From Octopus sinensis (Eukaryota): 64,000 nt of DNA. The stretch spans positions 21,142,001-21,206,000 of the forward strand of contig NC_043009.1 in the NCBI RefSeq assembly GCF_006345805.1, given 5' to 3'. Made by a program: the position numbers and the translations under genes. Of this stretch, positions 49,548-60,260 are shown piece after piece (within the stretch, counting starts at the first letter, position 1; every line of letters begins with the position of its first letter). The notes under the pieces are model-generated. The model was given only the letters and a program-made list of their open reading frames with translations. It had not been told where the DNA came from and did no database searches.

Positions 49548-49920
49548 AAGTGTGGCGTCCTACATGAGACAGTGCTACTGGTGTTAATAGCCCCAGGAAG
49601 ACATCTCTTCCAGCTGATTAACAATACACATTCTGTACCTGATTAGTATTTGCGAGGGGAGGTCATTGCTCCCATCATGATACATATGGATTACATGATA
49701 CATATGGAGTCAAATTTCTGGGTGGTTACCTGTCGTCAGTGTGTGTTAATCACCATGCTGAGGACAGGTAAGCACCCAGAAATTTGAGTCCATGTGTGTC
49801 ATGTAAGGCTAGGGATGGGAGAGATGGCCTCCCCTCACAAATACTAATCAGACACTGGAAGAGATGTCTTCCTGTGGCCATTAAAGCCAGTAGCACTGTC
49901 CCGTATAAGACACCACACTT
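49548..49920. mobile_element. Near-palindromic MITE (whole-element hairpin)
   Basis: The left arm 49548-49739 is the reverse complement, with scattered mismatches and two small insertions, of the right arm 49758-49920; loop about 18 nt. Confidence 0.85.
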
Positions 49921-49976
49921 ATATGTTACGATTCTGTATTGCTACTGTTTACATCTTGTTCAGAGGTTTTATATAG

Positions 49977-50025
<49 letters not shown>

Positions 50026-50419
50026 GGATTGAAACTGAAGCTGTTTTAATAAAAGAAACATCTTCTGCAACATATATTGAGCACTCCTTTCTCATTCATT
50101 TGATATTAAGTAATGTATGTATATATGTGTGTATCAGAAAATGAAGCTAATGATGGAGCTGCTGGTATATGGTCCCTTAATCTGTTAGACACATCAGTCA
50201 AATCCCCTTCAAACCACCTTCAAAAAGAGGAATATATGTTGTCCCCGATATGCAAAAAGACAAAACTGATGGCCACAGCTGGAGTCTCTTTCAGTAGAAG
50301 TCTGCCCATTTAAAGCTGAGCTGATCTATAACACAACCAGGGCTTACACTAGAGACGCCTCTATACAATGAGTTGATCTGCAAAATGGTTGCCAAACCAT
50401 TTCCCAATTCTCATCTGTC

Positions 50420-51200
50420 ATTATCATCCTTCATCGTCATTTGGAGTGCATTGGAGTCCGTGCTGGTATGGGTTGATGGTTTGATTAGAACTGGTAAGCT
50501 GGAGAGCCGCACCAGACTCCAGTCTGATTAGCATGGTTTCTATGGATGGATGCCCTTCCTAATGCCAACCACTTTGCAGAGTGTGCTGGGTGCTTTTACG
50601 TGACATCGCACAGGCACTTTTACGTGACACCACCGTGCCTGCTTTTCGTGTGTCACTGTCATCACTGCTTTTCACATGGACTCTGCACAGGAGAACTCTT
50701 GCAGGTCAATCCTCTCCACCAGCAGGCTTCTTGAGTACAGCTAAGTGACAGGCATCTCAGTCCTTTGTCATTTTGCCTGAAAGGTTCAGTGTCCTGAGGG
50801 TATTCTTCAGTACTTTGTGTCATGTCTTCCTGGGCCTCCCACTTCCACATGTTCCACTTTCTCTGAGAGATCTACATCTCTTTATGGAACTGTAAGCATC
50901 CATCTGCATCACATGACCAAACCAGTGCAGTCTCCTCTCTTGCACACAGCAACTAATTCCTCTGATGCCTGACTCCTCTCTCAAAATACTATCACTCTGT
51001 TGAATATGTATACCTACATTACACATCCAGTGGAGCATACTTGTCTCATTCCTTTCTAACCTTCGCATGTCCTCTGCATTCAGGGCCCACATCTCATTAA
51101 TATGTAGAATTGCTGACTGTATACATGCATCATACAATTTTCCTTTCACTCAAAGAGAGAAACCTTTCATAATCAACAACATATTGAAAAGGAATGGCAC
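50420..51200 (-). mobile_element. RTE-clade LINE 3' end plus tail
   Basis: KGKLYDACIQSAILH..E.WAL, RRLHWFGHVMQMD, GSGRPRKT. Confidence 0.85.
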
Positions 51201-53708
51201 ATCAGCTATTGCAGCCCTTGAAGCCTTTGTCTCAATAAAAGATGGGAGCTGAAATGCAATTGATTATAAGTCAGCAGATCAGCTCTGACATGAGTTTAAA
51301 CAACAACAGCAACAACATCAATAACAAAATGTAGCTACATGGAATAAACGAGTTCCCCATACTGTTTTTTATTCTTTCTGTTTTGTCTTTTAAATCTAAT
51401 CTACACAGTTAGGCTGAATCATTTTTTCCTTTGCTTCTACCCAACTCTCTGCCTCTCTCACATTCTAATCCCATTCCACTGGGTTGTGGAATGGTAAGGT
51501 TCTTCTTTTGAAATTTTCATAAAAAAAACAAAAAACAAAAAAAAAATAGTCTGACAAGAAAATCCTGTTCAGTAGAGATGTAACAAGTATTTTATTTTGG
51601 CAAATGGAAGCATAGCAGCCAGAAGAATGTTTTAACTTAAAAAAAAACGTAAAGATAATAAAAGCTTGCAATTTTTCTTTTTGCTTTTATATTTCTCTGC
51701 TGCATATATTCAATGTAAATTGCATTTTGTAATGATACAGGGACCCCTGTTATAGCAGTCCCCTGCCCCAGGGGCTTCTATAAACTCACATATATCTAGT
51801 ACTTAGCATAAAAAATGTTACCACAAATAAGATCTGCAAAATATTGGAGAATTTTTGAAGATAATAAAAGACAAATTGATTGATCCTAGTGATGTGGTAG
51901 GATATGTTCAGTTGTTCAGTTCTCTGTTGGCTCCTACGGAACAGACTTAAGATTAAATGTATTCTATTTAGTACCATCCTGCTTTTTTCCTCGTCTAGTA
52001 TGGAATTTATCCAATGTATCCTTTCTTTTTAAAAACAGTAGGGTAGTTTAAAGTAATTTGAGGGAGATTTGACATCTATTTCTAGCAGATAAAACAACCA
52101 CATAGAAATTTTTTTATTTAAAATCTCAAGTTAGAAAATGGATATTGCTGGTAGTTTCAGTTTTATCAAAGGCCAAAATTTGCATAAGAAATTACTATTG
52201 GAGTTGTTGTAAGCTGTAAGGGACTTTCTGATAAAGGGACAGTTATTAAAGCCCTAAATAGCAGTATTTCAGCTATTAACTCATTTCTTCATTAAATTTT
52301 AAGAAATCAAGTTAAAATCTTCACAATCTGATAACTTTTAAGAATATACTTTATATTATTTTCTATGGCTGTAAGGTTTAAGGGACTGCAATTTGGGGTT
52401 ACTTATTGTTCAAAACCTTACTATTACATCCAATATCCTAAATTGTAGCTATTGTTGTTTAGCTCCAGGTCAGCCTTAACTGAACACACTGAAGGAGGTT
52501 TGACTATTATTTCTAGCAGGTGGACTGACCCCAAGAGGCTCATGTAGTGCATCAATCTCTTAATTGAATGTGTTGTATCTCAGAGCAAGACAATCTTCAC
52601 TCCACTTGCTCTACTTTGCCTGACAGACATAAAACAGGTTCCTCCTCCCTAACCTTCTCTACTTCATGGTTGAGTGGTTTGTGATAGGAAGGTTATCCAA
52701 CTGTAAAAAACAATTGCTCCAACAAGAAGAACCATCCAACTCATGCAAACATTCAAAAATTGATGAAAACTAAACTAAAAAAAAAAAGAAGCAGTAAAAC
52801 AAAAAAAAAAACCCCAACAAAAGACCAAATCTCCCAATTGCTCTCTTCCCAACTCCACTTTCCTCTGTTCCAATTTCCAAATCTCATACAATTATTATAT
52901 TCAGAGTGAAACTGCATCACCCTTCGACTTCTTCACCTTCTACTTTCTTTTCATTTTCTTCTCTTCCACATCTAATATTTTTCATTTTGCTTACTTTTCT
53001 TTCTTTCTTCTTTCTCCAGTTATCATAAGATTTTTTCTATCATCTTTCTCCACCCACCTCCACCCCTATATATCCTGCAGTTTTCTCTCGCACCAACCAA
53101 GTATCTAGCAGATTTCTTTCTTTCTTCCCATCCTTTTCCAGTATTTTTTCTGCTCTATCTTAGTAGTAGTAGTTGTAATGAATATATGGGGTGGGGGGAA
53201 CCAAAACCTTTAGCTGTCAGAAGTTGGGAAGAAGCTATACTTGCCTCCTCTGCCAGATATTTGGTTTTTCACGTTTTGGTAAGTGTGACCCACTATAATG
53301 GCAGAATCAGTGTAGCAGCGTCTGTTATAAGGTTGTGGCCTTGCTAACTAAACTTACAGTAAAATCTGGAGTGATGTGATTTCTAGAGCCATAGCAAAGG
53401 GAAATCAGAACCAAGGCTAATGACTAAAACAAGATTGATTTCTGTGTGTGTGTGGGGGGGGGGGTAATGGGGGTGGTGGTGTTGTAAGTTACAACAAAAC
53501 TCATTCAATAGAATCATTCAAGTGAAAAAAGAAAAAGAACAAAGACCTTTGTGCAATAAGCCTGCAAGCAGCATTCCTTCTTTCATAACTGCTGTGTTAT
53601 AGATTCTGGTTCATTGCAGAACAGATACAATCTTGTTAAATCCTTGCCAATGTTAATCTAGACGGCACTGAAAGTGTCAGTGAAGTTTCTAGAAGCTGTT
53701 GCACTTAC

Positions 53709-53795
53709 CTCTACTATTCTATATCCCAACGTAATTTCAAATATTTGATAGATATTTGCTAAACAACCTGCCTACACTGCATTAGATATAATGAA
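53709..53795 (-). other. Candidate 5' (probably non-coding) exon of the EGF gene
   Basis: Long pyrimidine tract CCCCTCTCTCTTTCTCTCTCTCTCACTTACTATAG| and donor GAG|GTAAGT; all three frames are closed from this acceptor. Confidence 0.35.
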
Positions 53796-53849
53796 CTATA
53801 GTAAGTGAGAGAGAGAGAAAGAGAGAGGGGGAGTTTGAATAAAGGTGGT

Positions 53850-54030
53850 GTAGGATAATAGTTCTGAAGTGGTGAGATGTATGATATAGTAAGATGTAAT
53901 AAGGTGTCTCAATAGATGTAGTTCGATGTACCACAAGACGTTTAATGTAGTTTGACATACCAGAAAATGTAGTTTGATGTACCACAGGATGTAGTTAGGT
54001 ATGTCACAAGATGTAATGGAATGTAGCATG
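53850..54030. repeat. Degenerate ~21-bp minisatellite
   Basis: About six units resembling GATGTAGTTTGATGTACCACAA. Confidence 0.6.
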
Positions 54031-55349
54031 AAAATTTTAAAATGTGAAAAGCAGGAACTGAAAATCTATATATAATTCTTAATAACTACGCTCTACTCAT
54101 TGAAAAAAAATACTTAATTACTTAATAATTTTCCATAGTTTAACTTATCTAAATAATTATTTTCCTGATTTGACTGCTATTTCTAGCAGGATGGCTAGCT
54201 TTCCTATTGACCCAACAGCTTTGTAAATATGTTCTAACAAGTTGTTTCTAACAGGAAAAGCTTGGCAATATCAGATTACATGAGGATTAGTTTCACATTG
54301 ACTTTGTTAATCATTAACATTTCAAAAGAAAGTTTTTAAAAATATTCAATTGGATATTAATAAGTTAAATGAAATTGTGATTTAACACAACATGGAGATA
54401 AGAATCCTCTTCATATATTTAATCAAAATATATATTTAGTCTCACTGAACCAAAAACAATCATTGAACTAATTGAAGTAATGAGTTCCATTTTCTATTAA
54501 GAGTAAAAAAAAGTAGTGCTTAAAGGGAATGCAGAAGTCTGCTTTGCAAACATTTGAAGTTAGGAAGTGTTGAGTTATCTGTTAGTAGTGTTAACAAATT
54601 GATGATAAACATAGGAGTTACATAATAGTACAAAATTACACGATCTTGCCTTGGGTATGATACATAGATGACTATTTTACACACACACACACAGAGTCAT
54701 ATCCATGTTTTTAATGAAGATCTATTTCGTCTGGCTGTAAAATTATGCACAATGGCTGACTGACTTAGTAACAGAGAACAGTATAAACAAAGCAGAATTG
54801 GTAAATTTCTTGAATGACAGAATAGTCAAAGTTGAGCTGAAAAGAATACTCATGGAGTGAGTCTTCAATTCCAGATACGAAGATTTGGAAACAAAATGCA
54901 TTCACATATGTCATAGCTCTATCATAAATATGGCAACAAAGGAAATGTCTATACTCTCTTTTGTTGTTGATTTATCTCTTGTGTCTTTATAGCAAAATTT
55001 TATATGACTGAAGTAGGTGAAAAAGTCAGGTACAAGAGAGTAGAGTTTGTCTCCATGGCTGCATATCACTATGGTATATACCCCAAATGAAAAGAATAGA
55101 TGGTAGAAACAGATGCAAAAGATTATTTGCTGAGATTACTAGTACACACTCCCTAAAGCAAGTCCATTCCTAATAAGAGATTTGTATGATTCAACTATTG
55201 ACTTGGCAAATAAGTTCCTGCCATTTAAAAAAAATTTTGGAATTTATTGTGCTTTTAAATTTTGGAATCTATTTTTTTCGAGAATTCTATTTTTGAATCA
55301 TTTTGGAATCTATTTTGTTTTTTTCTCTAGTTAATGTTAGTTAATTTTT

Positions 55350-56190
55350 GTTTATTTTCAGATCATTAAAATAGAGTGTCAAGTTAAGAAAAATGGGCAT
55401 TTTTGACACCTCCTTCTTTTTGCTTTTAATCAAGGTTCTAAGGCCGTAAAAGCTGCAGGCGACATTTGTGCTGTGCATAGAGAGGGTGCCATAGCTGAAA
55501 GAACTGCTCATGATTGCTATGCCAAGTTCAAAAATGGAAATTTTGACCTCAAAAATGCTCCTTGTTCTGGCCATCCAGAACGACAAGGGAACTGGCAGAG
55601 AAAATGGAATGCTCCCACACTGCTATAGAGAAGCATCTTCACTCGATGGGAAAGGTTCAGAAGTATGGAGCATGGATTCCGCATGCTGGTTTGCTTGCTC
55701 GTCACCGCTCAACTCATGGACACAAGCAACGATTTCTTTACCAAATTGTTACTGGCGATGAAAAATGGTGCCTGTACATCAATATGAAGTAGCGTAAGGA
55801 ATGGCTTAGCCCCGGTAAACAAGCGACACCGCGCGTGAAACAAGAGCTTCATCCACGTAAAATGATGTTGTGCTAATGGTGGGACTGAGAAGGGATTATC
55901 CATTATGAATTGCTTGAACAGAACCAAATGGTCAATGCAGAACTCTATGTTCAACAGATGGAATGACTCAACATGGCTATTCAAGAGAAAAGACCTAATC
56001 ACAGCATGGAGCTCTTCTGCTGCACAACAATACCCACCCTCATATCGCCAACATGACCAAGGAAGCCATTCAAACGCATGGATGGTAAGTGCTGCCACAC
56101 CCACTGTATTCTCCTGATTTGGCACCAATGGATTTCCACCTCTTTCAATCTCTTTCAAATGCTATGTGCAGAGTTTCATTAGTGTTTGAG
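55350..56190 (+). mobile_element. Decayed mariner (DD34D) transposase
   Basis: AFNQG.KA..AA..IC.V..EG, FKNGNFDLKNAP.SG.P, IVTGDEKWCLY, ELHPRK.ML..WWD..GIIHYELL, HP.YSPDLAP.DFHLF; many stops. Confidence 0.92.
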
Positions 56191-56586
56191 GTGTGGCTCA
56201 GTCCAGAGTTCTAAGTCAATTGAAACTAAGAAGAAATTATTAATTTTATTCAGAAATGAGCAAAAAGAAAACTTTTTCACTGGTTGAGTGGAGGACAATG
56301 TTACTTAGTCCAGTTGGAATCTGAGCAATAACTTCCTCAGACTCATCAAACATGTCATTTAGAGATTTTGTATTTTGGTCAGTTCAGTTTAAAGAATCTC
56401 CTTCAGAACTGGTGATGTATTGGGTAATTATTTAAGAAACTGGTTTTGTAGGGTTTAGTTTACTAAAGAAACTAGTTGTGTGTGTGTGTGTGTGTGTGAG
56501 TTATTTAGGACTAATTATGCCTGTGTATGTAGGTGGGGGAGGTAATTTATTTAGGGAATCAATTTTATTTCTTTTTATCCAAATTC

Positions 56587-57038
56587 TTATAATTGGGGAC
56601 GGTCATATTTTGTCAATAAAACACATGCACCTCAGCTTTATTATTATTATTATTATTATTACTATTATTAATATTATTGTTGGTTTCTTTATTAAAGCTC
56701 TTTCACAATACATCTTGTAACCTCTTCCGTGACTCTTTATCCCATGTGTCTCCTTCTGTTCTGTTTATTCCATTTTGTCTTTCTATGGTATGTATCCTTA
56801 TCTCTGCATGCATAAGCTTCTGCGTGTGTGTGTGTGTGTGTGCATGGGTTTGCTTACTACATTGTTTGTACCCATGTCTTTTATTTATTTATTTTTTATT
56901 TGTTCATTTTCTTTCTCATTCTGTCTTTAGTATGTGTATATAGGTTTATGTATTATACTGCTTGTATTTGTCTTTTTTTTTCTCATTTTGTCTTTAGTCA
57001 TCAGGTTGTGTAGTGATGTGGAGTGGGAATGGGTGTTA
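56587..57038 (+). repeat. Left arm of a ~0.5-kb inverted repeat (partner 59782-60260)
   Basis: Collinear similarity from GGTCATATTTTG.CAAT.AAACAC to TTTAGTCATCAGGTTGTGTAGT...GGGTGTTA with the reverse complement of 59782-60260. Confidence 0.85.
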
Positions 57039-57046
57039 TCATTCCA

Positions 57047-58560
57047 TTAACCCCTTGACATTTTTTTTTATCAAGTAACTAGGTTGCATTGACAGTAATC
57101 ATCCCGGCTGAGATCAGTGCTTAGTGCATGGTTCGGTGTATATTTACATCAACTGCTTTAACCAGTTTACAGCATGGGGGCATTCACATCTGTACTTGTG
57201 GCTGGTCTGATGCTTCTATCATTTCATGGAACATTAGATTCCTGAATGTCAATCCATCCCACCACACCACCAAGAATCTGCCAAATCAAATGTGAGTTCA
57301 CAACACATATCAACTATATACAAGAAAATTCTTTTGTACCATTGCACAAATTTTCTCACCGATTTGTGTGTTGTTGATCTGAGCAATCAACCCCACCCGT
57401 CCCTTTATTATATGAAACAATTACACTCAGTTTCATTACTGTCTGCATCTTGTTTCCTAGTGTCCTTCATGCTTGCAGAACATGCAGACATTCTTCTTGT
57501 CATGCCACACTAGAGTGAGAATGCCTCTATCAGTGCATCAGTACAGTTTCCCCCTTTAAAACTTTTATCTTGTGAAGATTGGATGGCATGTTTTTCCTGT
57601 GCGTTCTCATAGTCTCACAGGCATTAGTTCTCCATACTTGTAGCTGCAGGAAGAGGTCTGGACTGGAAAACATGTTGTCCATATAAATATTGTAGCTTTT
57701 GTCAAACAAATTTTCATTCAGTGACAACATGACATCAGTTGATGCTAGAGTAGGCACTGGAAGATCCAATTTGTTCTGACCAGTGTAGATTTTGTAATTC
57801 CACGTGTACCCACAGGTTCTGCAAGTTTACTGGCATACTTTATAAACCTTGACTCCAAAGCAGACATGTTTGATTGAGTTGTATTGTTTGAATCAGAGCC
57901 TTCCCTTGAATTTTCACAAACTCTTGTTTGCACAAATGTCCTGTGTGGGGACATATGCCGTTCTGAAATTTTCAGCCACTTCATCACTGATACGATGTAT
58001 TTTGTGCAGCCTGTCATCATGGTTCTCACCTGAGTTGAAATATAGATTTCGGAGAAGTGCCAAAAATCAATTATGTGGCATGGTTTCCAGACAGAAAGGT
58101 GTCACGGTGGCTGGATCCCAATTCCAATATGATGCCAGGGCTGGTTTCTTCATGATGTCCGCCAGTATCAGCAGGGCAAGCAGAACTTTGATTTTGTCCC
58201 CTGTGGCTGGAAATCAATCACTGCCATGCTTGGGTCTGACATGCTGGGGATGGTTTACAGCAGAGTTATTTGTTTCGTCTGCTATATATTGGAACATTTC
58301 ATCTGTTAAAAACTGATTGGAGATTTACAGTGGTGAACTTTCATGTTGAAGGGTTTGCCTTTATGCCAGCTGTACCAGTAAACCCATGCTGTTGGATGAA
58401 ATTGTCTCTCACTTGCCACATGACATTCTGTTATCCAGGGCCATCCACTGCTGCCCGTCTGTACCTTTGATTCCCTGGAATATCATCATCGCAATCAGAA
58501 TCATCTAGTTCTGAACAAGACTCACTCTCTAAGTCATTGTCCAAACTGGAAGAAACAACT
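57047..58560 (-). mobile_element. Decayed piggyBac (PGBD4-like) transposase with TTAA-CCC end
   Basis: SYNIYMDNMFSSPDLFLQL....AC.T.R..RKNMP, W.DKK.V.M, YNKG.GGVD.SDQ, RK.VQWYKRIF; TTAA|CCCCTTGAC at 57047-57059. Confidence 0.85.
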
Positions 58561-58636
58561 GGTGAGGTGATGGAGCTTAGTGTAGCTTGGCATCTCTGTT
58601 ATTAATTGAACCTCCATTTTCTTGTTGAACATATCG

Positions 58637-59170
58637 GTAGAGCACTGATGAGCTTTTCTCCTCCTTGAGACCTCCTATCCACTCATCTACACCATGTACT
58701 GTACTGCAATGTATGTCATTGTCCCTTTTTCTGCACGGTCCTTCAGTACACCTTATATTAAGATGTACTACATACAACATTGAGGAGACAGCATGTAGCA
58801 TAGGTAAGCAGATAGATGAGCACTGGCAGGAACTCAATGAGAAAAGCTCATCAGTGCTCTACTAACATACTCAGTTAGAACATGGAAACTCGGTTAATAA
58901 CATAGATGCTAAGATATTATCAACACATAGAACAGACATGACACTCAGACAGATTGTGGAGGACACACACATAGTAATGGATAGACTGAACCTCAACAGC
59001 AAAATTAAAGGAACTTGTAAAGCATTCGGAGAGCTCAGACCTCCACCAGGCAGCTCATTTCCACCCATATACACACATGCAGAAAATCGCCCAATTTTCC
59101 AAACCAATGCTGTGAAGTCACTTTCCTCCTTTATGTGTATCTGGTATGATGCTGAAGAGAGCAAGGCTAA
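58637..59170 (+). mobile_element. Probable Penelope-like fragment (GIY-YIG-like and RT-lead-like remnants)
   Basis: CT.MYVI...Y and EETACSIGKQIDEH resemble the C..N.IY...YIGET...RF.EH endonuclease motif; perfect 24-bp inverted repeat at 58637-58660 / 58839-58862. Confidence 0.45.
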
Positions 59171-59781
59171 TTAAGGTGAAATATTTGTCATAGTGTTGTG
59201 ATATGACACAAACATTTCAGTAGTGGACGGATGGCATAGGGGCCATGCCTCGGACCAATTGTAAAGATGGGCAATGTTGATGGAATATTTTCCACATCAT
59301 ACAGATGATATAGAGTTCACAGCAGTGGTGGAGGGAGCAAAGCCTGAGCTTTTTGATTCTATCTCAATAGTCAAGGCTTGTCATGTCATCCTCTGCAGAC
59401 CTCCACCAAGCAGCTCATCTTAAGATAGATATGCGAGTAAAATTACTAATAGAGAAATGAAAATAAACTTTGGAAACAGCAACGTCACCATAGGTTACGT
59501 GGAAACGATGAACATGTTTTCAAGGGAGATAATCAAAGAAAGTAACATTGTAATACTTCATGTAAAGTAAATATAACAAATGAAAAATCCTTCAAGAATC
59601 CATAAAATTCCCTGGATCACTACCAAAATTTCATCATCTGTTCCTTGTGTCATTACCAACTATTCCTGCAAGTTTCATCAAATTGCGTTCACAACTTTTT
59701 GAGTTATTTTGCACATAAACGGACAGACGGACAAACCAACGCCGATGAAAACATAACCTCCTTCCTTGGAGGAGGTAATAG

Positions 59782-60260
59782 TAACACCCACTCCCCACTC
59801 TACAATACTACACAACCTGATGACTAAAAACAGAATGAGGAAAAAATACAAGCAGTATAATACATAAACCCATATACGTACACATACGACACCCATACAC
59901 ATACTAAAGACAGAATGAGAAAGAAAATAAATAAGTAAATGAATAAAAAATAAATAAAAGACTTGGGTACAGTGTAGTAAGCAAACCCGCATACACATAC
60001 CAAACACATAGACATATGTGCACACACACACACACTAGCAGATGTAAATGCATGCAGAGATAAGGTTACATATCACAGAAAGACAAAATGAATAAACGGA
60101 ACAAGAGGAGACACATGGCATAAAGAGTCACAGAAGTCACAGGAAGTATGATGAAAAAGCTTTGACAAAGAAACTAAAAATGTAATAATAAAGTTGGAAT
60201 GGAAACCAAATATATAGTGTGTGTGTTTAATTGGCAAAATATGACCCTCCCTAAGCATAA
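59782..60260 (-). repeat. Right arm of the ~0.5-kb inverted repeat
   Basis: See 56587-57038. Confidence 0.85.

Noticed and set aside
53850-54030. Regularly spaced ~21-bp repeats suggesting a CRISPR array (also 8990-9170 and 37130-37341)
   Set aside because: Degenerate head-to-tail units without unique spacers, eukaryotic context and no cas genes.
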